The translations under genes and the position numbers were made by a program. A stretch of 64,000 nt of DNA from Octopus vulgaris (Eukaryota), in assembly GCA_951406725.2 (NCBI GenBank), contig OX597833.1, forward strand, positions 71,548,001 through 71,612,000, in the 5' to 3' direction. Of the stretch, positions 51,484 through 64,000 are shown piece by piece. The notes below the pieces were generated by a model. That model had not been told where the DNA came from. It ran no database searches and was given only the letters and a program-made list of their open reading frames with translations. Positions within the stretch are counted from its first letter, which is position 1, and each line of letters opens with the position of its first letter.

Positions 51484-52629
51484 ACATTCCAATAATAATC
51501 ATCATACCACGGCAAGTTTGTAGGTTTATTCAGAACGACAGATGAAGAAGCATATTTTATCGATCGAACTTTGTCGAGAGAATTAAAAACAAAAACATTC
51601 TCCAAATTTAACTCGTAACAAAACTGTTGGATCGCAGTTTAATTATAGGCCGGCACGGCTGGCTTTCTTTTTCATTATTTTCACATTTTCGTGGACGTTT
51701 TCGCTACACATATTTGAAGAGGATGGTTACTATATTATTTGGTCGGCTCTAGTCAATGTCTGGTTCTGGCAGAGAGTGAATGGAAACTATAAAGCGAAGC
51801 CGCCCCCGTTTTCACGCTAATTCTTTGATACATTCGCGCACGAACGCACAAAACACACACAGACACACACACAGTTTGATAAATACAATACCACGAAGCT
51901 CTCGATTCTCGAGTCACTTATGTAACTTTAAAAGCTGAATAGCTAATATACACACACAGACAGATTTTCCGTCGCACAGATGAAAACATTAAACAATGCA
52001 TGATCAAGCGCACCGCCTTACCTGACGCCCATTTTGACATTGAACTGCTCAGATTCCCGCCTCCGAACAAGAATTCGAGTTAGCATCTCTGCCTGGACAT
52101 TGACACAGTCAGACTAAACACTCTAAAAAGAACCGCATAAACTCCGATTCCATAAGCTTATAAGTTGGAAGCATTCTTTGCTTTAGGCACCAATATTCAG
52201 TTCAGTGGCGGATTCTGTTTGGCGCCGGGGACCAAGATCTTAACCTTCGCCATCCATTCACTGCTGTTGAAGCCTAATAATTGTCATTTATATTGCGTTT
52301 TTTTCTATAACAAACCCTCTGCATAGTTTACCCACCCCCTCTCCTTCATTCCTCTGTGTCTCACTCTCATCTTTTCCTCTCTTGAACTATGAGCGGGACG
52401 CACTGGCACTTCATCATCACCGTTTTTACTTCCCCTGTTTGAGCCCTTCTCCACTCTCTCCCATCCACTCATGTAAAATACTTAAGTAACTATAAGTTTC
52501 CTCCACAAATAGTGTCCTGCTCTTGCGCCCCTCTCCCTTCTCGTCTGCTCAAAACCTTCATCCAATTTTCCATCCTCTCTCTCAGTCGCCGAAGGTTTCT
52601 TCAGTCTTGCAAGTTACAAGATAACCCCA

Positions 52630-52830
52630 TTGGTGCTGGTGCCGCGAAGATTGCATTCAAAACACTGTAAAGTGGTTGATATGAGCGAGAGCATCCAGCC
52701 GTAGTAATCGTGTCAAAACTGTGACACTGAAGCAAGACACGCTTCTCCGATCCGTTGGTTCCTGTTAAAACGCTAATTCATATCAGCATGGAAAGCGGAC
52801 GAGGACGACGACGATGATGATGATGATGAT
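52630..52830 (+). mobile_element. Family F repeat 3' part (gcatccagccgta...agcatggaaagcggacg + (GAT)n)
   Basis: Related copies at 55360-55510, 57590-57760 and 63000-63110. Confidence 0.7.
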
Positions 52831-53802
52831 GATTCCTTTAGATGGGGTTTGGGAACCATTTATTTACACGTGAGGCATATTAAAAGTGCATATAAAACTC
52901 GGAAGACTCATCCATGCTGAGAAAAATAACGAATCTTAAATTACTGTTTTGGGTCTTAAGGCTTCAAGTTTTTTTCCCTTCTCTCTATAGTACCTCGTCT
53001 CTGGGTATCTTCAAACTTGAATGCGGTTGAAAATTCACCGATGGCTGACAGGGTTCGCCATTTCTGTTTTAAGATGATCAAAGTGTAAAAGATGAATCAT
53101 TTACATATCCAAAATGTTCGCTCTTGGTGGGCATATCAGGATAACTACACGAATCAAAACATTTTGTTGGTAGAAACTCCCCGACACGGAGCTATGTGAG
53201 GGGTTGTTGTTTAACCCCAGGTCGGTCCTGAATGTGCAATACTATGATCAAAAGCATTCAAGTTTTGATCATATCCCGTCTTTATGTAAGGTTGCTGTCG
53301 TTTTGTCTGGTGTCCCTCACGTCTCTAAATTTATATTCGAAATCCACGGATTGTCTCATATACTGCGCTTCCTTGGGATCCTGACATATCGGCCATTTAA
53401 GGGTTTCTTCGCATTCCCATCAGTGTACTTTGCCCGCTGTTCTGTTGTGGTCTGACCTCCTCAAACTGTTTGCATTTAACCACAGCTTTCCGATTAGATG
53501 GTTGATGACTCATTGAAAACTACATCATTCTGGATCCCCCACCTTTAAGACAGTAAAGAATGGTTTGTCGAAGATTTGGCAGCTATTTCCATCCAGTGGA
53601 TCGAGCGATCATATAAAAGCTTCTTCCTTTTTGTGGCTATTTTAAAAATATTTTCTGTAAAATCTTTTAATTGCTATTTATAAGATGACATTCCTTTTTT
53701 TTCCCGCCGAGTCCAAAGAGTGCCTGGGAGAGAATTGCTGAGGCTGTAGTTTGGAACCATTTTGGGTTTTTTTCTCTTTTACTCTCTTCAATGTTGTCAA
53801 AT

Positions 53803-53867
<65 letters not shown>

Positions 53868-56572
53868 AATTGACTCCAATACTTGACTGGTACTTTATTT
53901 ACCGAATCCAAGGCAAAGATTACCATAGCGGGATTTGAACTCAGAGCCATAAGAAATTTGGACACTCTCGATGATATTGCCACTTGGCCGCCAGTGCAAG
54001 TAGCACTGAAACAATCATCTGAACGGACGGAATTTCTTATCCACAATTCTTTCATACCTCTCCATTCTCTTCCCGTTTGGAATCAGACAACGTAAGAAAC
54101 CATTATTTTTAGTTATTGAAAATGGTAAACATTTATTCATCACTTCCCCCCACCGTACGAGAATGAGAATTCGTCAATAGAATGGTTTTACCCGTGAGCA
54201 GATGTGTTCATTTTGATTTAACCCTAGAATGGCATTTGTTAATAATTGTTGACGTTTCAAATAATAACACCTAATTAGAAGGAAATGAGAAAGATTAACA
54301 GATTCGACAAAGCTTTAACGGTTTCAACAACGTTATTATTGCAGGCTGGCAATTTTCTAACTGGCAATTGTCGTAGAATTATTGAAATTTGAATAATTTA
54401 TAGACACACTCACAAACAGACGCAAGCATGGCTTAGCGGTTGGGAAGCTCGCTTTTCAACTCTGCGATTCTGGGTTTAATCAATAGTTTTGTGGGTGGGA
54501 TTTGGTATGAAGAAACCCGACTCGTGTGCATGTTTTTGTTTTTGATACAATAAGGTAACTTAATTACTCAATAAATATAATACCAGACCGAACTAAGTAT
54601 TGGATTCAATATGATCGACTTTAACTCTTTGGAGGTGGTCCTTTAATCTGGACACAACCCTTGACGGAAACCAGTGAAAGATGAGATGTAAGGACATTTA
54701 ATATTTGGCATCAAACATATCCTCTTATTTGTAATTAGGCTGAAAAACGATAAAGAAATGTTTTTCACCCTTGCATATTGATAATTTAGAGGTCATAGGG
54801 TCTGGGAGAAGAAAAAATGGGAAGTTGCAGCGTTTTGTTTTCACTGGTAGAAAACCTGGGATTCTGGGCAACTGGGGACCGTTAAGTCGGAGAAAGTTAT
54901 TGATGTTGCCCTCGATCAAGCTGACCTACGATCCATGGCACTCCGGCCTTGACAATCTCGTCTTATTTTCAGATGTAGCGTATCTAGGACGATTTTAACC
55001 AAGGTGTCCTGCTGTATTTAAGAGAGTAGCATGATTTGAGAAGGATTTGGCTGCTAGTTTTAGCTGCGTTGAGAGATCACGAAGAGGTTTCTGCGTTGTC
55101 CTGAGTCAAAGGACATTTTAATTCGAGATTTAGAATATCGCGAGACTCAAAGTCACGTGCAGCGTGTGGAATCTCATCTCATCAGACTCGTGTGCCAGCA
55201 ACTTTGGAAGCCTTTCGGCGGTCTGCAGGGAAATCGGCTTCAAATTTTACCCGACCGTCTCAAGGCAGTATGGTGTCTGTCTGTACTTAAAATGTAGCTT
55301 CTATAGCCTTTACAGCCATGTGTGTGTGTGTACCATTGGCTTGACACATTGCGATGGTTATAAGTGAGCATCACCGCCGTTACAGTCTACCATGGGGAAA
55401 TATCTTGCTTGGAAACAAGAGAGGTTTGACGACAGGAAGGGCATTTGGACGAGGAAAATCTGCCTCAACCAACTTCATCTGATTCGTGCAAGCATTGAAA
55501 AGTGAACTTTAAACACAGGTTGCTCACACCATTCTACCAATCCTATAACAGTTCTAGTTTTTGCACAAGGGTTAGGGCAGTTGTCGGTTGCATCGATCCA
55601 GTACTTGATTGGCACTTGATTTTATCAACCTTGGAAGATGAAGGGTAGAGTTGACCTCGCCGGGATTTGAACTCAAAACGTAAAGAGTTGGATGAACTGC
55701 CGCTAAGCATTTTGTCTGCTTCAGTGTCCTGAAGAAATAAATTAGAAAAATAAAATTAAATCGATCACCCCCACCCCACCCCACCTATTTCTATTTTGCT
55801 TGTATTTCTCTAACTTTTTTTCATCTGTAGATATTTATGCCCAATGGTCAGATATCAGCTCATCCAATCATTACACTGTTCCGTCCGGTCATCTCTGCCG
55901 TCTCTCTTTGTGGTTACTTCAGTATAATTTAGCCAAACTGTCCAAACTCCTCTTAATGACAAACCCATTTACATTTTCTGTTACTGTTTACCATTCCGTC
56001 TTTTGTTTTCCTTTGTGACGGCCTATTGATCATTCAGGTGGTTCCTCATCTTCTTTACTTCCCCGTTAATCAAACTATTTCAACTGAACAATCAATGGCC
56101 ATTCCACCAGCTCTCTTTTTAGAAAGCCAGTTTGAGCTTGACGGTAAACTTTAATTAAGATATAAAGCCAACCATTTAGGTTGTTACTATAGGCAAAACA
56201 AAACTCTTAATTTAATTGCTTCCCCGCCATCGCGTTTCTGTCCGTTTTCCTCTCTCTCTTTTCTTTGTATATTAAATGAGAAAATCTGATTAACGACATA
56301 GAAAATAAAAAAGTGTAAAAGGAAAGCCGTTCCTAAGATCCATCACTTCCGGTCGGTTTCATTTTGTTTGACAATCATTTAGTTATTTAGAGTTTCTTTG
56401 TAGGAAAAGATTTATTTGTTCCTCGTAACCAACTCCCTTCACCGACACCGACAATTAATTAGTTTATGTTTAAAATATATTCTAGCGGCGTCAAATCTTC
56501 AGCGACATCCTTGCAAGTTTTTCTGTTTGTTTTCCTTTACTCGTTACTAAAACGAATCTCAAGTCACAAACA

Positions 56573-56594
56573 CTATCCATCCATCTATCCATCC

Positions 56595-56629
<35 letters not shown>

Positions 56630-56630
56630 C

Positions 56631-56670
<40 letters not shown>

Positions 56671-56767
56671 CTATCTATCTATCTATCTATCTATATATCT
56701 ATCTATCTATCTATCCTAACTTGTCCCATCTGTGTGCAGCCCTGTGTGGCCAATAAAGAAACTTATC

Positions 56768-56844
<77 letters not shown>

Positions 56845-56855
56845 CATCTATCTAC
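56573..56855. repeat. (TATC)n microsatellite, two blocks
   Basis: Direct inspection. Confidence 0.96.
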
Positions 56856-57589
56856 ACACATACATATACACCCACATCTCTATATATACAAATATAAGAA
56901 GCGATATACGGACTGCTTTTTCTTTTTCTTTTTGAGTTTGGTTATATTAAAAAGGAAGCAAGGACTGTTTGTGTTGCTTCTTTGTGATGTGGACAGTTTT
57001 TTTTTCTTTTACAAATGAAAAAGGAATATATTAAAAAAGAAGCGCGGGTTGTTCTCCGCTGTGAACTTCAATATCTGTTTTTATTCCATTCTTTTTCTTC
57101 TCCAAATAACAAAACAACGCAAACAGTTCCTGCATCCCCCTTTTTAGTATTCCCCATTCCACCCCCCTCCTTTTCGTATATGAAAAACCTGCCGACGAGG
57201 TTCTGGTTGCGATGAAAGAAAGAATTCACAAACAACTTAAAACGGAACGTTTTAGCCGTACTTTATTAGTTTTTCGTGGAATTTGGTTGTAGTGGTGGTG
57301 GCGGTAGACCTGGAGTTTCTATTGTTCTTTTGCTTGTTTTAGTTATATGACCGCGGCCACGCTGGAGCCCTGCTCTGAAGGATTCCAATAATTATTTTAA
57401 ATCTATTTCTTATTCTATCGGTTCTTTTTGGCGAACCACTAGTTTTACCGGAAAGTAAACAAACCTACACCGGCTCTGAAGCAGTGAGACACGAATACAC
57501 GTTTATTTGTGTGTGTGTGTGTGTATACATACACACAGAAAGAGAGAGAATGGACCAATGGGCTTCCATAGTTTCGGTTTCGGTGACGG

Positions 57590-57760
57590 TGTTACGTAAC
57601 ACACTTTCTCTAATAAAGTGGTTGGCGTTAGGAAGAGCATCCGGCCGTAGAGATCATGCCACAACAAACAATTGGAGCCTGGACAAGCGCCCCAGCTGGC
57701 CAGCCCCTGTCAAACGGTCCAACCCAGCATGGGAAACAGACGTTAAGCGATGATGATGAT
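57590..57760 (+). mobile_element. Family F repeat
   Basis: gtggttggcgttaggaagagcatccggccgtag...gacgttaagcgatgatgat. Confidence 0.75.
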
Positions 57761-58929
57761 GACTCACAAGGTGCAGTGCATTGGAAACGAACCCGAAACC
57801 ACGATATTTCCTAATGGCCACCTTTTAAACAAAATCTATCTCCCTGGAATGTTTGGAGGTTGAGTTCATTTTACTCCCCCACCTATGGGCTGCCCTTCCC
57901 CCCTACCACTTGTTACCTCTCCATTGCCCCCCTCCCCCATAATGCCTTATCCTTCATTATCATAATTTACCCCCCCACCTCGCTCTCCTCTCCACTATAT
58001 TTGCCCTACCAAAGCACTTCGTATTTTCATCTTTCGATGGATGTTTCTGCCGCCTCGAAACGTTTGGCTTCTTCTTCGTCTGCATGACAACATAACATTT
58101 TATTTCCATTGTTTCAACATTTTTTGTTGTTGTTGTTGCTGTTACTATTTTCCGACTCTGGCGATCACAAGTTTCCTCTGATTGTTCTCTTTTAATAAAC
58201 AGTTCTCCTCTCCGCCTCCGCTATTTCTCTCATCCTCACCACAGGACACAGCTCGAGACAGAATCCGATATTTTTATCAGCAAAACATTGTCTGACTTAT
58301 TTGCATCGTTCCCAATATCTGGTAACTTTTCTCTCGACCAACGTTTTAATGATTATTTCTTGTTCACAGTGGACAGACAGTTCGACTAGCTTGGCTCTGA
58401 CATTTATTTTGTTGGTGAGTTTATTTAAAGCATTCACTTTTTTCCCTTCCTTTATTATTTCGACTGTCTTTCGATTTAAAAACAGCGATGTTTATATCAC
58501 TGAATGGTTAAATCAGAGATGGGCAAACCTATTGTTCATTAAGGGCTTTTTGACCGGTCCTTGAGCAAACTTTGGGACATAATGCACATCTGGCTCGCGA
58601 ATGGATCTTTCTCTCTCTTATTCCAAGCTTTTCGTGTGACCATATTAATGACTCCCGAATGACAGTACACTGACTCGCGGTTCCCTTTTGTTCCCGAGAC
58701 CCGGGAAATAGGACCACCCAATTTGATATATTATGTACAAGAAAATCATTTTTCTCTCTTAGCAACAACGATATACTATTATACATGTGTAATTTAATGA
58801 AATATAACCCGATGTTATATTGAATAGCTAATTCTCATATTTTAATTATTTGTGGCATCTGCTTGACCCATCGTCAATTTATTAACATTATCCGGGCCGA
58901 AGTACAAAAAAAAAAAAGGTGGGGGGAAT

Positions 58930-59990
58930 GGTTCGCGGCATTTCGTCCGTCTTCACGTTCTAAGTTCGGATTCCGCCGAAGTCAACTTTGCCTTTCATGT
59001 CTTTCGGAGTCGATAAAATAGATACCAGTTGAACACTGGGGTCGATATAATCGATTTACCCCGTCCCTCGAAATTGCTGGCCTTGTGCCAGCATTTGAAA
59101 CCAATATTTCTCGGCTCTTTATTTTCAGGGTCTAAACCCTACCAAGGTCTGCCTTTCGTCCCTTCGAGGTCGATAAAATAATGTACTGGTCAAATATTGG
59201 AGTCAATATAACCAGCTTAGCCCATCTTCCTCGAAATTGGACTTGTGCTTGAATCAGAAATTACCATTTCTGGGCGCTCAGCTCGTAGAATCGTTGGAAC
59301 GTCTGCAAAATAGTTTACAGAATTTCCTCTGGCTCTTTGCATTACTAACTAAAATCTCACCGAGGTCAGCTTTACCTTTCGTTGTTTCGGGAGTCGATGG
59401 AATGAAATACCAGTCATGTACTGGTATGATGTAATCGACTTGCCCCCTCCCCCACCCTTCCTCTCAAAATCGTATTCCTTGCACCTAACTTACAAAGAAT
59501 TCTAATAATATTATCGTTAAGGCGGCGAGCTGGCAGAATCGTTAGCACGCCGGGCGAAATGCTTTGTGGTATTTCGTCCGCCGCTGCGTTCTGAGTTCAA
59601 ATTCCGCTGAGGTCGACTTTGCCTTTCATCCTTTTGGCGTCGATAAATTAAGTACCAGTTGCGTACTGGGTAGATCTAATCGACTGCCCCCCTCCCCCAA
59701 AATTCCGGGGTTTGTGCCTAGAGTAGACAAGAATATCATCGGTAGAAGTAATTTGAAACGTTTGCGTAACACCCGGAATCCAGAAGCGGGTGGTTGGTCA
59801 TTGCCGCACCGACAGAAGGGTTTTATTCCAGGTAGAATGCTTTGCGGTGTTGAATTACGGGGCTGAAATCTCGCTGTAGTTAACGTCTCTACCTTTCTTC
59901 CTTGATCGGGTCGATAAAATAAAATACCAGTTATGTACTGGGGTCCATTTAACTGATCATGGTTCTTCCCCGAATATTTCAGCCTCAAGT
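58930..59990 (+). mobile_element. Cluster of about five same-orientation family B-related copies of different ages
   Basis: gtcga(t)..aa..taccag motif near 59010, 59170, 59395, 59640 and 59910; youngest copy 59519-59735 with TSD aatattatcgtta/aatatcatcggta. Confidence 0.8.
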
Positions 59991-60676
59991 GTCTGGTAGT
60001 ATAGCAGTTGCTATTGTTGGTGTTGGTGTTGTTGTTGTTGTAGTACAGTGCTCTCCGTTGAGTGTGAAAATGTTTGATTTCGGCAGCATTCCAAATGACT
60101 TCACACTTTTAAAGGAAGGAAAACATTCGGCGGTGGCGGCGGCGGCGGCGGTGGTGGTGGTGGAAATCAGGTTAGCGACGACTCCGGCCTACTTAGGTTG
60201 AACGTGTGTTCAGCTGTTTTGTTTTGTTTTCACTGGTTTCTGAAATGTCGGTGTTTGAGGTAGGAGGCAATGGGGAGAGGGGGAGGAGGGGGGACAGTTT
60301 GAGGAGTGAAACGAGTTTTCAGCTGGAAGAGGGAGAGTGGGGGGGGAGCGAGAGAGAGAGAGAGTGAGGGGGGGGGGAAGGCGATGACAAAAACTATTTG
60401 TTAACAATGTGCGCCGGCGACCTGTTCCAAATCTGTCAGAGTTACATCAGAAACTTTTTGTAGATAAAGAAATATTAATCATAATTGCATACACACACGT
60501 GTGTGTGTGTGTGTGTGTGTTGGTGTCGCTTTATATTCGTGTCTGGCTTTTATTTGTGTCATATATATATTTTCCTCTCTCTATCTGTGAACAGGGATCT
60601 TCCTTTTTTATTTCCAATGCCCCTCAAAAGTGAAACCTAATTTTGCCAAGCATTTGTATCTTCTACTTGCTCTTAA

Positions 60677-60727
<51 letters not shown>

Positions 60728-60959
60728 GTCTCTCTCTGTCTCTCTCTTTCTCTCAACATTTGTTTCACTCGCTTAATTAATTTCCGTCTACAAATTTTCT
60801 CATTATGTCTACTAATGTATGAAATCTTTATTACAAACGAATTCACTCCTCTATTTACTGCCAGTTTTATATACAACCTCCTTTTTCATTATTTCCCCAG
60901 TTGTGTGGTCCTACAACACGATGTATATATAATGTGTATATGTATATATATATATATAT

Positions 60960-61135
60960 TTTTTTTTTCCTCTGTCTTCCCTTCTCTGGATCTTTTCTTC
61001 TCCTATGTTTCCGACGAAGAGCTCCGTTCGAAACGCTAAACCCCCCTTCTTTCCTGAGCGTCCAATAATACTATATTTGTTCCACGTCCTCGCGTTGTTG
61101 TGTTTTTTTGTGTTTCTTGTTTGGATTAACTATAT
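60960..61135 (+). mobile_element. Family E2 short element
   Basis: Matches reverse complement of 10840-11020; fold gttt-CCGACGA-A-GAGC(tcc)GTTC-GAAA-CG-CT-aaac at 61007-61041. Confidence 0.7.
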
Positions 61136-61140
61136 ATATG

Positions 61141-61186
<46 letters not shown>

Positions 61187-61188
<2 letters not shown>

Positions 61189-61365
61189 ACGGGAAGCTTT
61201 ATGAAAATAAACAAAAGAGGAAGGCAGGTGGAGTACAAACAAACAAATGTATTAGTATGGCGCTCAGGAATATAAATAAAACATGTCTTTTATGTTTCGA
61301 GCCTACGCTCTTCAACAGAAAGATACACAGAAAAGAAACACGGAGAGAAACAAGGAGAGAAAAAA
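61187..61365 (-). mobile_element. Family E1 short element
   Basis: Matches 1079-1245; fold tcttt-CTGTTGA-A-GAGC(gtag)GCTC-GAAA-CA-TA-aaaga at 61286-61323. Confidence 0.7.
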
Positions 61366-61879
61366 AATATATATATATATATATAATATGAAACAGGTAG
61401 GACGAAGTATTACAACTAAATGAGCTTGTTCGGCATTAAGAAAAAAAGATCAGAGAGGAAAATAAAACGAAACTATTAGATAAGCGTTTAAAAGAAGGTC
61501 CGCCTGAAATAAGGTCGTCAGGACATTCACAGAGCTGAGCGAGAAAGAAAAACATTCGCCGTAGATAAAACTGGCAGGAAGGAAATGGTGGAGTGAATTG
61601 CTCGTTATAAAGCTTTCATATATTTAACCTTCTAACAGTTGATGAAATAATGTTACTATCCCGGTTATTAGGAATGACCCCTTCCTGATTGTCTATGCAA
61701 GTAATGAGTGCGTGGCCTGTTTTACTGGCTATTTTTAGCATCTCGTCAATTATTCGTTTGGTCCGGTAGCTTTCCTTCGTGTCCTTAATGGCCTTATTAT
61801 GGCTGTCCGTTTCAATGGCTGGTTTCCTTTGTTGGGTTTACTTGGAGTACTTTCTCCTCTCTCGCATACATTGTGTTTG

Positions 61880-62658
61880 CCATGCGGTGATTTCTACCAG
61901 CAGTTCTCGGGAGTGGCCATGGGAACGAGAATGGGCCCCAACTATGCGAACCTGTTCGTTGGCTATGTTGAGGCCCAAATATCCTCAAGTTTCACTGGTC
62001 CCACTCCCGAACTATATGACCGCTATATTGATGACTGTATCAGTGTGACTTCACTCTCCCGCGAACATCTAGACTCCTTTCTCTCTTTTTGTCAAATCTT
62101 TCAATCCTGCCCTCCACTTCTCCTGCGCTATCTCTGACACCTCTATCTCCTTTCTTGACATTTTGGTCAGCATTCACCACTCCACTTTCACCACCTCCAT
62201 CCACTACAAACACACGTACCTCAACTTCTCTTCCTCCCACCCTAAATACACAAAGCTTTCCATCCCCTATTCCCAATTCCTCCGTCTCTGCAGGCTCTGT
62301 AGTGACGACCTTGACTTTTAGACTCAGTCTCAACTCATAGCTCACCACTTCATCCTACGTGGATATCTTCTTACCACTATCCACACCACCCTTGCCAGAG
62401 CACATTCCGTGGACCGTGCATCTGCTCTCTCCCCCCACACCTGTCCCGCACTCTCCTGCCTCCCATTTCCCCTCACCTACCACCCCACCACCCTGCCCCT
62501 CCAACGCACCGTTCTCCAAGCCTTCCGGCAACTCCAGTCTGACCCCTCCACTTCTCACATCTTCTGTAACCAATCCCTCCCCTCCTTCAAACGAGCCCAT
62601 AACCTACGAGACCTCTCGGTCCACAGCTTCTTCCCTAACCCAACCTCCCAACCCGGCA
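61880..62658 (+). pseudogene. Penelope-like element (PLE) reverse transcriptase fragment, frameshifted
   Basis: FYQQFSGVAMGTRMGPNYANLFVGYVE, RYIDD, ISFLDI, YLNFSSSHP, SIPYSQFLRL, LTYHP, FKRAHNLRDL are diagnostic PLE RT/thumb motifs; ends at SQPG before the Cys linker and GIY-YIG domain. Confidence 0.92.
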
Positions 62659-63167
62659 TGATGATGATGATGATGCTGTTTATGAAAACAGGGCAGATTG
62701 GATCATTGACAATTCATTGTTAGAAGCGGATGGCGTTTAATGGGTTTAAGCCTTTCAGGACCATATTTCTAATGGAATATTTTGCTTTTTAATTCTAATT
62801 CTGAAAATAAGAATTTGGAAGGATTTAATAAAATAAATGTTACCCTTTATTAACTTGGTTTTTGGAACAACTTTAACATAAGGATCTCATGTATTATGGT
62901 GACGGAAGATTTTCACTTGAACAGAAACAGTTGGTGCCAACAAAACGTTTAGTACTTTCTGTAAAATGGTTGGTGTAAGGGAAGGAAGGCATGAAATTCT
63001 AGAAACTACACCAAAGCAGACATTGGAGCAGAGTTGCAGTCTTTAGACCTGTTGGATCCTGTCCAGCCTCCGAATTCTGCCAGAGTGGAAGATGGACGCT
63101 TCAAAGATGATGAACAGAAAAGCACAATTTTTGTGTCTGGAAGCCATAGAAGGTGGTCCTTCTTTGA

Positions 63168-63555
63168 TACTCTTTTACTTGTTTCAGTCATTTGACTGCG
63201 GCCATGCTGGAGCACCACCTTTAATCGAGCAACTCGACCCCGGGACTTATTCTTTTGTAAGCCCAGTACTTATTCTATCGGTCTCTTTTGCCGAACCGCT
63301 AAGTGATGGGGACATAAACACACCAGCATTGGTTGTCAAGCAATGCTAGGGGGACAAACACAGACACACAAACACACACATGCACATACATATATACAAC
63401 GGGCTTCTTTCAGTTTCCGTCTACCAAATCCACTCACAAGGCTTTGGTCGGCCTGAGGCTATAGTAGAAGACACTTGCCCAAGGTGCCACGCAGTGGAAC
63501 TGAACCCGAAAACATGCGGTTGGTAGACAAGCTACTTACCACACAGCCACTCCTG
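63168..63555 (-). mobile_element. SINE family A, full length
   Basis: Family A consensus. Confidence 0.93.
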
Positions 63556-64000
63556 ATGAAGATATTTTTTGTCATTTTCCTTTATTTTTTTTTTTTTAAT
63601 TTGATACTGCTGTCAATCAGTTTGAATGTAAATGATATGGAACTGTTGTTTATCAGGTGGTGGTGGTGGTGGTGGTGGTGTTGCCCTTTGACCCAACAAC
63701 ACGTGTGTTTAGGGTGTGTCATCACCAACCTGATACAAGGTGTGGAGGAATAATTTCCCTGTTCACATGGAACCAAATACTATCTGTGTAATATGAAACA
63801 TAGAAGATGGTTCTTCACCTGCCCTTCCCCCCCCCTCCACCGAACATGAACAGAATGCCGAGGTAAATTTATCCCGTTCTCACTGACTCTTGATATTTTG
63901 CTCTGGTAACTAAATAAATCTTACTTTTTTTTCTTCTTTTTTGTATTTTTCTTCTTTGCAAGGATACACCACACTCTTTCCTCTCCGCCCCCCTTTACCC

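Noticed and set aside
55860-56040. Possible RTE 3' relic (minus)
   Set aside because: Motifs too degenerate
58025-58070. GAAACGTT hammerhead-like remnant
   Set aside because: Core box and stems not recoverable

Overview
AT-rich eukaryotic DNA with very dense microsatellites and interspersed repeats. The SINE repertoire points to an octopus or other coleoid cephalopod genome (inference from recalled repeat families). Almost all ORF-track entries are microsatellite or SINE artefacts. Supported content: several SINE-like families (called A, B, C, D and F here), many with target-site duplications (TSDs); decayed Dong/R4, RTE and CR1 LINEs; a Penelope-like RT fragment; Tc1/mariner and hAT relics and MITE-like hairpins. 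Two things are missing from the ORF track. (1) A probable host gene on the minus strand: a terminal coding exon at 33021-33121 and an in-phase 15-nt microexon candidate at 35382-35396, together reading xIIATELAQEEYLAEEQFALVALKSRIVEVSTADLVRS*. (2) Short, microsatellite-anchored, probably Penelope-derived elements (E1/E2) carrying a minimal type-I hammerhead-like fold with variant cores and a covarying stem I. Family names and homologies are from motif recognition only; no searches were run.
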